Below, in pieces: positions 11,600-22,829 of a DNA stretch of 56,165 nt. Positions within the stretch are counted from its first letter, which is position 1, and each line of letters begins with the position of its first letter. The notes beneath the pieces are model-generated. The model did no database searches. It saw nothing but the letters and a program-made list of their open reading frames with translations, and was not told where the DNA came from. A program made the translations under genes and the position numbers. This stretch comes from Octopus bimaculoides (Eukaryota), in the NCBI RefSeq assembly GCF_001194135.2, contig NC_068989.1:74822129-74878293 (forward strand), written 5' to 3'.

Positions 11600-14170
11600 G
11601 CCTGGGGTGACGGTGTTTCTCCCACTGTCTTCAGTGCTTGACATTTTTATAGAGAATCGGAGACCACACCCGTTCACCGTCCAGGTAGAGTTAAAGATGC
11701 CTCAGCCTCAGTGCATGCCTGTGCATCATTAGCCACGGCATCCCTATCCCACCCTTTGACGGTTGTTGGGAGCAAATAGAGCGCCTTACAAGAGGTCCTT
11801 TTCCCTTCCACAAAAAGCGGAAGAGCAATCGTTCCAACTTGTTTAGCCGCGAATAGGGGCAAGGCACGACGGTTAGGCGGTAAATGATCCCCGATGCGAT
11901 AAACACATCTGCGACGTCCCCACTCCATTTTAGGGATAACCACCGTTCAAACCAGGTCTGGATTAGATGAGTCCCCCTGCTCATAACCTCACTCCACTTC
12001 TCCATCTGGAGGTCTAGCATTTTAACCGGACCGTCCGTCCAACGTCCCACGACACTGTTGGGCGGCATCGACTTACCCCTCCAGGTGCCTAGATGCAAGC
12101 CGAATGACTTATCCCGGTTAATTTTTGCTCCTGTCGCCGCTTCGTAATACTTAATAGCCTCGCTTACTCTCTGTAGGTGTTTCACGATGATGGCGACGTC
12201 GTCTGCATACGCCGTAACCGACCTCCCACAAACTAGATAACGCAGTAAAGGCTCCAGAGCCAACGCATACAGAAGGAGGAAGAGGGGACATCCTTAACGC
12301 ACCGAACGCTTGATGCAGAACGGTTTCAAATATAAACCGTTCACCCGAACGATCGAATTGATGTTGCTATATAAAGCAATAATCCACGGACGGAAGACCG
12401 GGCTAAACTTGATGGCTTTTTTGAGGGCATACAACCATTTGTTGTTAATAATGGATCTGGTTAATGTCCTCATTACTAACTGCCTAATCCGGCTCCTGTA
12501 CTCCTCACAAGCCAAAAGTGGCTTGTTAAGTTTCCTGTAGCCGGGACGCTGTCTACATAACCTATCTAAATCAAGTCTACAGGTCACAAACTTGTGATCA
12601 CTGTAGCTGACGTAGTGGGATCGTGGACGCCTGATTAATTCTTTGTCTTTAATCCTAACTATAATCCTATCTAAGTAAGATCTAGAAGACCCATCGCTAT
12701 TAGACCATGTCCACAATGGAGCGTCCGGGAATTCAAGTCTGTATCGATCTACCAGCTAAAAACAACTGAGCAGATCGCTGAGGCAAGGGTTTCCCCTCCT
12801 ATTGGGATTCGAGCCAACACAATCTACGCGTGCATTGCAAATTGTGTTAAAGTTTCCTACCACCACTATAGTGTGCAACGTTCCTAGAGAATTCTCTAGA
12901 CTTCTGAAATAGTCAGACTGCCTAGCTCCACAAGGAGCATAGACAGCCACCAGTCTGAAGGTCTTACCACTGCTGTGTCAAGGACGACCAACCTGCCCTC
13001 TGGGTCAACAAAGATTGTTCTTATCTCTATCGACAGATTTTTGCCGAGTAGAACCGCGACGCCTCTCCCGCCAGGTTGGCATAGAGAAATAAATTTCTTG
13101 TAGCCATTGAAGAGGGGTGAAAAATCTCGCATTCCACTCAATCTGGTTTCTGTAGTGACATCTATTTCCAACCTATGCGACCTCAGATCATTAAGGAGGC
13201 ATCCTTGCTTCTAATCGACACCAGTCCCCGTACACTTACACATCCTACATTAAGAGAGGACAAAAAAATCTTCCCTTAATGGAGGAGAGTTGAACCCTCC
13301 TCTTTGTCTGTGGGCTGTGAAGCCACCTCAATGAATTGGTGGTAGAGTGATTGGGTGATCTTTTTCCTCAGAGTACCTACGTATTCCGGGAATGATATTT
13401 TTAGTTTATGATGCTGTTCTCGACTGATGAAGATAAATTTAACGTTTTTTGGGACATCCTTTTTTGGACAGCTGATATGATATACTTCTCTTTTACGCTT
13501 TGTATTTCTGGTGTTATATGCCATAATAAGACCTGTTTTGTGGGAAGGGGTTGGGGAGTTTGGGTATCATGTGTGCTTGCCTTTGTGAATTTTTCTGTGG
13601 GGGAAGGGATGGGATTAGTGTCTGGGATGGTAGGAGGGGTTGGTGTCTATGGGGACAGGGTGGGGATCAGTGTCTATGGGGATAGGAAGGGGACTAGTGT
13701 CTGTGGGGGCAGGATAGGGAGACTTTCTTTTTTCTTAGACACTATCGTTCACTCACTGTCTGACGATTTCTCCTGGGCTTCTTTTCTTTTCATTAAAGTA
13801 TTTTCTTCTGTGCTCTTCATAACTTCGTAGGTGTCGTGGACGGTGGGGGCGCGGCTGCTTTCACGACTGGTGGGGGCTCTGGAGTTTTAGGTAGAGGACA
13901 CTCTGCTTTTATATGTCCTTTCAGGCCACATTTAAAACAACGCATCTTTCTGCCTTCCATCATAACTCTCAACTGTGTTTCCTCTCCCACCAATATGGTG
14001 ACGGCAATCTTCTTAAGGTCTTCAGGGGCAGCTTGGATTAGTATTTCTAAACCTTGCCCCAGCCAATTTTGTTGGTTGACTTTCGTTGCTTGGAGGATTG
14101 TTATCTTCTCCTCCAAGCCTAAAATGATAGCGGCTACAAGCCAGGAAACGTCGACCTCTGGTGGCCTCTG
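11600..14170 (-). mobile_element. Decayed L1/Tx1-clade LINE (ORF1 gag zinc knuckle, ORF2 APE and partial RT)
   Basis: CFKCGLKGHIKAEC (CX2CX4HX4C). APE motifs ETR, GVAVLL, DPEGRLVVLD, AVYAP, VGNFN, WTWSN...YLDRI, SDHKFV. RT motifs YADDV, KINRDKS. Frameshifts and a large deletion between APE and RT. Confidence 0.9.
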
Positions 14171-14842
14171 ATATGAAATTTGCTCGTCGCTTCTTCTCCG
14201 TAACCAGACCGATCCATTTCTCGACCGTATTGTAACTTGCGATGACAAGTGTATTCTGTACAATAATAGAAACATTCTCCGCATTGGTTGGACCAAACTA
14301 AAGCACTGAAAACCTTCCCTAAACCCGAGCTCTTCAAAAAGAAGGTTATGGTGACTGTTTGGTGCTGTACTACTGGATTCAACCACTATAATTTCTTAAA
14401 ACCCAGAAAAACCATTACCCCAGAAATATATCGCCATGAAGTTGCCAAAATGAACGAAAAACTGCTAATTCTCCGTCCCAGACTGGTCAACAGAAGAGGG
14501 TCAATCATTCTTCATGACCATGCTCGGTCACATGTCTCAATAATGATGCTCGACCCAGCTTATTCCCCAGACCTTTCTGCTACCGAATACTACTTTTTCA
14601 AGCTCCTTGATAGTCTCCTGCGAGAAGAGTTCAAAAATCAAACCTATGCTGAAAGTACGTTCAAAACGTTAATCAGCTCCAGAACTCCAGATGTTACCGG
14701 AATAAACAAACTTGTAACTCGTTGGTAAAAATTCGTTGATTGTAATGGTACTTACATTGATGAATAAAATTTCTGCATTATTGATATATATTTTGTTGAA
14801 TCTCATGTTTCAGCACGTTGTTTTCTTTTTAGTCAGTCTGAT
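14170..14842 (+). mobile_element. Mariner (Hsmar1/cecropia-like) transposase 3' part with TIR-like end
   Basis: FLDRIVTCDDKCILYNN, KKVMVTVW, LHDHARSH, AYSPDLSATEYYFF; ends ttttagtcagtctgata|ta. Confidence 0.9.
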
Positions 14843-15709
14843 ATATATTTATATATATANNNNNNNNNNNNNNNNNNNNNNNNNNNNNNNNNNNNNNNNN
14901 NNNNNNNNNNNNNNNNNNNNNNNNNNNNNNNNNNNNNNNNNNNNNNNNNNNNNNNNNNNNNNNNNNNNNNNNNNNNNNNNNNNNNNNNNNNNNNNNNNNN
15001 NNNNNNNNNNNNNNNNNNNNNNNNNNNNNNNNNNNNNNNNNNNNNNNNNNNNNNNNNNNNNNNNNNNNNNNNNNNNNNNNNNNNNNNNNNNNNNNNNNNN
15101 NNNNNNNNNNNNNNNNNNNNNNNNNNNNNNNNNNNNNNNNNNNNNNNNNNNNNNNNNNNNNNNNNNNNNNNNNNNNNNNNNNNNNNNNNNNNNNNNNNNN
15201 NNNNNNNNNNNNNNNNNNNNNNNNNNNNNNNNNNNNNNNNNNNNNNNNNNNNNNNNNNNNNNNNNNNNNNNNNNNNNNNNNNNNNNNNNNNNNNNNNNNN
15301 NNNNNNNNNNNNNNNNNNNNNNNNNNNNNNNNNNNNNNNNNNNNNNNNNNNNNNNNNNNNNNNNNNNNNNNNNNNNNNNNNNNNNNNNNNNNNNNNNNNN
15401 NNNNNNNNNNNNNNNNNNNNNNNNNNNNNNNNNNNNNNNNNNNNNNNNNNNNNNNNNNNNNNNNNNNNNNNNNNNNNNNNNNNNNNNNNNNNNNNNNNNN
15501 NNNNNNNNNNNNNNNNNNNNNNNNNNNNNNNNNNNNNNNNNNNNNNNNNNNNNNNNNNNNNNNNNNNNNNNNNNNNNNNNNNNNNNNNNNNNNNNNNNNN
15601 NNNNNNNNNNNNNNNNNNNNNNNNNNNNNNNNNNNNNNNNNNNNNNNNNNNNNNNNNNNNNNNNNNNNNNNNNNNNNNNNNNNNNNNNNNNNNNNNNNNN
15701 NNNNNNNNN

Positions 15710-15768
<59 letters not shown>

Positions 15769-16189
15769 CTATTGCTATTGAGTACTTAAGTAGAATTCTG
15801 CAGTAGAAAATATGTCCTTTACCATGTTACAATAGAAAATTTTTTTGCGGTTTTTTTTTTCTTTCGATATATCACTTGTATAATATTGTTGAGCATAAAG
15901 ATCATAGTATTCAACGGAAAATAAAGAGTGCATTGTTTATCCACTAGAGTAAATTAAAGTATACAATTTGCTCTATGTTTTTATGTTCTCATAATCATAC
16001 TAATCCATTAATGCTTCCTTCTGTATCCCATGATAGCTTATATGCACTTAATGGTATTAATATATTTACACGTCTTATTCTTATTCATTTGTTTTTGTTG
16101 TAAATGCTTTCGTTCTATTCTATGTTCTGTATTATTCTCGGTGATAGTGGTTTTGATGTATGGTACATTATATCAACTCCTGCTCCAAT

Positions 16190-16880
16190 AACAAATGGTG
16201 CCCGAGCAAGCAATCCAAAACCTCGTAACCTCTGAGAAACTGTTTTGCGCGATACGTTGACATCGGAAGTAGAGCTAAACTCTCGGAATATCTCAGCAGC
16301 ACCCTTAAAACCTATCCTTCAGTGACATTCTAACCATAATACGACCCTGTCTTGGTGAAGATTTACGAGGTCTACCGGTTTGGGATTTAGCATCTGTCGA
16401 TCCTGATGAGTTAAAACTAGCTACAATTCGTTGCACAACACTTCTAGACCTTCCTACAGTAGTTGCTATCACAGAATTTGACTTGCCCTCTTGGTGAAAG
16501 CGCACAATCCTTTGTTTTTCATCACAGGACACTGGTCATCTCTCACAAGCCGCCATGTTGACAGTTGAATATTCCAATAATGTAATAACACAAGAAGTAA
16601 CTGTTAGTCCATTAACAGTCTTCTAAACAACAAATACCTCGGTGAGTAGTTCCTTTTTCCTAAGTGACCCTTAACTTTTGGCCGCTGCAATTTGGAAGAT
16701 TGTTTGTTTATTTCCTCATAACTTACGAAATATTTACTCCATTTCCTTGAAATTTTCACGAAAGAAGGATATTAGATATATCTAAATATGTATAAAATAT
16801 CTAGTCTCAACGTGTTGTTAATCTTCTATAGTAACTATTTCGATACACTTGTTCTTCCTGACCCTTTTGGCCGCTACGTG
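16190..16880 (-). mobile_element. Tc1-like element, 5' end (HTH and GRPR) with TIR sequence
   Basis: ORF 16305-16532: RIVRFHQEGKSNSVIATTVGRSRSVVQRIV...TGRPRKSS. Tc1-type gcggccaaaag motif at about 16676-16686 and 16865-16875. Confidence 0.85.
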
Positions 16881-17069
16881 TGTGTGTGTGTGTGTGTGCG
16901 TGTGTGTGTGTGTGTCCGCGCGCGCGCGCGCGTTTCTGTTCATAATATGTACATTATATTTTAAGAACAAAACAACTTCATAGTTGTATGAAAGTGTTCC
17001 ATACAATTTTAGGAAGGGAGCGTATCAGTTCCTATGCATAGTAATATAAGTGAACGTATCATGTGTATA

Positions 17070-17136
<67 letters not shown>

Positions 17137-17803
17137 ACGCGCGCACACACACATGCGCTCATAAATATGAAGAATTTAAATGGAGTGTTACATGTGTTTT
17201 TACTATATAGCATTTACTTATATAATACTGTTTCGTATATTATAACAGAATAATACACGGACTTCGGAATTGAATGCATTGATTTCCATTAAAAATTTTC
17301 TTTGTATACAAATGGATATATCTTAACATATTTTTCCTTTAGCATTAACGGCTGTTTTTCGCACATGATGACCTGCCTCTACTTGTTTTAACATTTTGAT
17401 TTTGTTTTTAATATAAATGTTTCTTGTTGTTTTCAATATGCTTTTCTTTTGTTCTCGTTGTTGTTCGTTTTATTGTATAAAATATTAATTGTCTATTGAA
17501 AGTGGTTTTGTTATGAAATATTTTATATTAATTATTGATCCAGCAATTAGTTTTGTTTAAGCAGAAACCCTCTGATGACTTTAGCGAAAATGAAATTGAA
17601 AACATGGAAGGTGCGGTCTTATTATAATGAACAACGAACGAGAAAATCACAGCTTCATGACATTGATTTAGTTGGTCACAATGTCTTTTAAGTATAAATA
17701 CACATATTTTTGATCTTATATGAATTAATAAGAACGATGATTAGAATGTCGCTATCATTGAAGATAATATAAAATACGGTAAGTCCGTAGATATACTTTC
17801 CCG

Positions 17804-19018
17804 GTCAGTATAAAGATCCTCACCCGGGAACAAAAACAAAATTAACCAGTCTGTGGAGTGTTAACAAGTATGTGGAAAACGAATATTTAAAAAAAAATGC
17901 GTGCTAACGACCCTGGGGGGGGGGAACTTTCGGAAAATTCACAAAATCCGATTTTTCCGTCATAACTTCTAGCAAAATGGATATATATATATATATATAN
18001 NNNNNNNNNNNNNNNNNNNNNNNNNNNNNNNNNNNNNNNNNNNNNNNNNNNNNNNNNNNNNNNNNNNNNNNNNNNNNNNNNNNNNNNNNNNNNNNNNNNN
18101 NNNNNNNNNNNNNNNNNNNNNNNNNNNNNNNNNNNNNNNNNNNNNNNNNNNNNNNNNNNNNNNNNNNNNNNNNNNNNNNNNNNNNNNNNNNNNNNNNNNN
18201 NNNNNNNNNNNNNNNNNNNNNNNNNNNNNNNNNNNNNNNNNNNNNNNNNNNNNNNNNNNNNNNNNNNNNNNNNNNNNNNNNNNNNNNNNNNNNNNNNNNN
18301 NNNNNNNNNNNNNNNNNNNNNNNNNNNNNNNNNNNNNNNNNNNNNNNNNNNNNNNNNNNNNNNNNNNNNNNNNNNNNNNNNNNNNNNNNNNNNNNNNNNN
18401 NNNNNNNNNNNGAAAAAAACTGGTTTGGAAAATTTCAATTTTTCAAAAAAAGAAAACAACCGTTCATTTTCATATTTAGACAGCGGAGTTTTTCATTAAA
18501 TATTTGAAATTAAAATTTGAATTTGTGTTTATTTTTTCCATATTTTTAATTTCCCCACGTAGATTGATGGGAGAAAAAAATTCGAAAAAGTTTTTTAAAA
18601 AGTTTAAAAAAGAAAGTTTGAAAAAAAAGACCACTTTAATTTCACATGAATACTTTGCCATATTACTGCGGGAAATTACTCTGAAAAGAATCTTTGCAGA
18701 AAGGTGAGTAGATTGATTGCATTATGCTATAGCAGTTTTATGAGATTTGGCTGTTATTTCTAGCATGTGGATAGCCTGCTTGAAGGCCTGGGGTTATATA
18801 TATACTCTTTACTCTTTTACTTGTTTCAGTCATTTGACTGTGGCCATGCTGGAGCATCGCCTTTTAGTCGAGCTAATCGACCCCAGGACTTATTCTTTGT
18901 AAACCTAGTACTTATTCTATCGGTCTCTTTAGCCGAACCGCTAAGTTACGGGGACGTAAACACACCAGCATCGGTTGTCAAGCGATGTTGGCGGGGGGAC
19001 AAACGCAGACACACAAAC

Positions 19019-19071
<53 letters not shown>

Positions 19072-19496
19072 CGACGGGCTTCTTTCAGTTTCTATCTACC
19101 AAATCCNNNNNNNNNNNNNNNNNNNNNNNNNNNNNNNNNNNNNNNNNNNNNNNNNNNNNNNNNNNNNNNNNNNNNNNNNNNNNNNNNNNNNNNNTAAGGA
19201 AGTGGGTAATTGAAATTTTGAAAATGCGATTTTTTGAAAAAAATATTTTTTTCAGAATCGGATCCTCCATAACCAAAAACATGGGATTCTGTAAAAAAAA
19301 ATCAATATATATCCATTTTACCGGAAGTTATGACGTAAAAATCGGATCTTGTGAATTTTCCGAAAGTCACCTCCACACCCACCCACCCAAGGTCGTCAGC
19401 GCGCATTTTTTTATGTTCGTTTTCCCCATATTTGTTAACACCTCCCAGGCTGGTTAATTTTTGTTTTTGTTCCCGGGTGAGGATCTTTATATTGAC
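17804..19496. mobile_element. Non-autonomous TIR DNA element with about 170-190 bp inverted repeats and a nested SINE
   Basis: gtcagtataaagatcctcacccgggaacaaaaacaaaattaaccag...ggatatat (17804-17985) is the reverse complement of 19308-19496. It is absent at the paralogous sites near 29840 and 37735. No transposase visible; two gaps inside. Confidence 0.85.
18800..19106 (-). mobile_element. SINE family B (reverse), truncated by a gap
   Basis: Reverse complement of 48680-48960, including the internal (CA/TA)n. Confidence 0.9.
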
Positions 19497-20324
19497 AATT
19501 TTTCCTAATTCTTTCTCAATCTTTTGTAGTGGGGCTTACTCTAAATATATTTTCTTATTTATGAACGAGATGCCAATATATCACAAGCGTTCCAACTAAA
19601 ATCTAATAGAATTTTAAGCTTTCTCAGGTGAAGATACTTTAAAGTGAGATGGCATGGAGGTAGTAATACAGATAAACAGTTAGGCTTAACGTGCATAAAT
19701 ATATATATTATTTATATAAAGGGTACAATACATGTATTTATGCGCTACTAATAGTTTCATAGGTTGAGAAACACTCATATTTGTTCTTCAAGCGCAAACT
19801 TTATATCATAACGAACTAAAGAAATTGAATAATAGAAGAAACGCAAAACAACTGAGAATGCAGCATATAGAAAACGTAGAAAGTAAAAAGCTGAGAATGA
19901 AAAACGATTAACGGAAAACGTAAGCTCAAAAACTAAAATGTAAAAAATAAACAGTAAAAAGATTTTAAAAAGCTATCCTTCTTAGACTTTAAATTATAAG
20001 GATGGTAGGATAGCAATTTTTTAAAAGTCGCTATGTCAATTATATAGCCTCCTTCCGACATAGGGACTTAAGTAAAGCTACTAAGCTCTTATTCATCCAA
20101 CAGCCAAACACTGGAAGGAAATCATATAAAATAACATCCCCTCCATTCTAATGTGCAGGTTTGTGACAAATTTCCAATTTGTTTGGCCACGGAATCGATT
20201 TTGTTGATCCTAGGTTGCCCGAAGAAGAAAAATAGGAACACGTGTAGAACGACATAATGATTCGGCATCTCATTTTGCTTATGTTATATCAAGCTGCACT
20301 TATTAATTTTTGCTTGTTCTGACA

Positions 20325-20520
20325 GGAGAGTTGTTAACACACCAGGCAAAATGCTTACCGGTATTTCGACCATTATTATGTTCTGAGTTCAAATTGCCCC
20401 CGTAGTCTACTTTTTTCTTTCATCCTTTCAGTGGCGATAAAATAAGAGCAATGGGGCCGATGTAATCGACCTCCCCCTATTCCGAAATCGCTGGCATTGT
20501 AATAAGATTCGAAATCAATG
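20325..20520 (+). mobile_element. Degenerate SINE family A
   Basis: aaatgcttaccggtatttcg...gttctgagttcaaattg...gatgtaatcgac matches 101-313. Confidence 0.7.
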
Positions 20521-20737
20521 TCATTAGTCTGTCATCAATGGTATATTTCATTCTTTATCTCTTCACTTGGCGCAATGTCAAATATCATGTGTATTTTACT
20601 GGCAACTGTCCTTTGGTGCAAACATACACATACACACACACACACGAATATATATATNNNNNNNNNNTTAAAAGCAGCAGAAATATAACAAAAGCTGTTA
20701 CTCAGAGTTTCACGTTAATATATATATGCATGTGAAC

Positions 20738-21010
20738 TCGCATGGCCGAGTGGTCAGCGTGTTGCACTTACGATCGCTCGATCGTGATTTCAATGCTTAT
20801 ACCGGGTGGTGCGTGGTGTTCTTGAGTAAAGTGCTCTTGAGCAAAACACTTCACCTCGAGTTGCTCTGCAATCAGTGTTCAACACTTAACACGTGAAATA
20901 CAGTGCAACTGTTCAGACAATGTCGATTTGATGGAGAGAGTGAATAAATGTCCAACACGGGCATTTGATTACTATAAACAAATCATTCGTGCAGGTCGTT
21001 CGACAGAAAC
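20738..21010 (+). mobile_element. Degenerate tRNA-derived SINE with CORE-like segment
   Basis: tggccgagtggtcagcg A-box-like head; cttgagcaaaacacttcacctc resembles the CORE-SINE central motif. Confidence 0.55.
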
Positions 21011-22829
21011 TGAATTTTAAAAAGGTGTCTTCGACGGCAATTTTGTTGAAGGCTCCTATGCGTTTCTAAATAATTGATGTTGCTACAAAACAATAAATAT
21101 TCAATTTGACATCACTCAACAGCAAATAAATTTAATATTCCAAAATACATTTAGAACATTTTACTGACATGTTTTCATCACAAAACATTCAGAAAGCACG
21201 TTGCCCCATTTTACTAACAGTCCCATACCATATATTCAATCAGAGGCTGTGTGCATATGCATTACATGCATTTTAAAAACATTTTTTGTTTTCCCAGTTG
21301 GCCTTAACACTATCACCTTTCATCATATATTCGGATGAGAAGGTATCAATTTTTGTTCAGTTTCAACTTCTCTGGGAAAGCTACCTCAAACTATTTGACC
21401 ATGTTTCTCGATTTGCTGAGTTAGAACCTGCTTACTATGTTCTCTTTACTGAGGATCCTGCTAGATTCACGGATTGTGTTGATCTACCTCAAGCTACAGG
21501 GTCACTGCAACTGAGGAGGTATTTTGCGGAGATGGTACGCAACTTGCAAGCTCAGGGGAGCGGTTATCGTCACAGATCCGGTGCAATAGAAAATGACAAG
21601 AAGTATCTATGGTCAACAAAATACAGCACGCTAGGGAGAGAGTCGTTTACAACACTCCAATTAGATATCAAGAGAAATAGGATATATTAACAGCATATAT
21701 CCACTTAAGGAAACAGATGTCTAGTAAAGTCCAAACTTGAAGGTTGTTAGGTCTCAGGAAGTGATCAGACGTAAACTATTTTCTCTCTACATAAAAAGGT
21801 GTAAACGTTTAACATTTCTTAATAGTTATAATATGCAGAATATTTCAAATTATATATATATATCATAGATTGTGACATTTGAAAGTAAACTACAAATAAA
21901 TATCATCGGATAGAACATTAATTTGTATAATACATCACTAATGATTACATTCTATGAGCTTTGGATCTCTGGTCTTTCCTGTCCTTCACTATATTTGTGA
22001 CATTTGGACTGTCCGGAACCTTGAGGAGCCGCTTTGAACTCCTTTGATACTAGGATGATCAACAGGATGATGTGTTATCATTGGTCCGATTTTGTATCCA
22101 ACCAACGACTCTACTAACAAAACGGGATCTGTCATGTTACTTGTATGATTCGGAAGCGCTAGCGCAGTCTGTGTGGTCATGTTTCTTGAATATCTGAGTT
22201 AAACTTTGCTTAACATGTTCTCTTCACTAAAGGCCCGGCTTGGATGACAGCTCGTGTTGATCAGCCACATGCTAAGGGCCGCTGCAGATGCGGAGGTGCT
22301 TCGTGGAGGTGGATACTAACTGGTGCTCAACTCGACTAGTTAACCGGGTGGTCCCGGGAATATACCAACAAATGGTGAATGTAGCAAAATGCTGCAACGG
22401 CGCACTTCCCCACATCTGACTTCACCTGCATATAATGCATACGTGTGCTTGCTTGTGTGACTGAATTGGAATGGGTGCCTACAGTTGTGCCTGTGCTTAT
22501 GATAACGTGTGTAATTATATACTTTTTTATTTTACAGATACATGTATCATCTTCGAATATAGAGCTCCAGTTAGAAATGAAAATATTTCATTGCTGGCAA
22601 TTTCGTATTGTTTCCATCACAAGTGAGCTGAAATACAAGGGTTACTAATAGTACTCCTGAATGTGGCCAACGTGTAGAAACAATTGTGGAAACCGAAAGA
22701 TGATTACTTTCTATCATTCAGGTAACAGTCAAATTTCGAAAATACATATCAGGTCTTTTGCTTGAATTCATTTAGAGTATCACTACGACTTAAAGATCGA
22801 TTATTACATTGTCGATTATATCTTTTTAA

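Larger units (their letters stand above)
17050..20300 (+). repeat. Paralogous upstream non-coding block of GPCR copy 2 (segmental duplication unit)
   Basis: 17050-17800 plus 19497-19660 aligns by eye with 29165-30010 and 37030-37890; 20040-20300 aligns with 47950-48235. Confidence 0.8.

Noticed and set aside
13408-13830. 140-aa + strand G/V-rich ORF with VYGDR repeats
   Set aside because: Antisense to the Pro/Thr-rich ORF1 tail of the Tx1/L1 element.
17570-17592. ctgatga-ctttagc-gaaa (paralogs near 29615 and 37522) resembling a hammerhead core
   Set aside because: No stem II can form, and the paralogs read gaga instead of gaaa; a chance match.
21286-21690. 134-aa ORF upstream of copy 2
   Set aside because: TTG start, no recognisable domain, and the homologous segments at 22215 and 39560 do not keep the frame.
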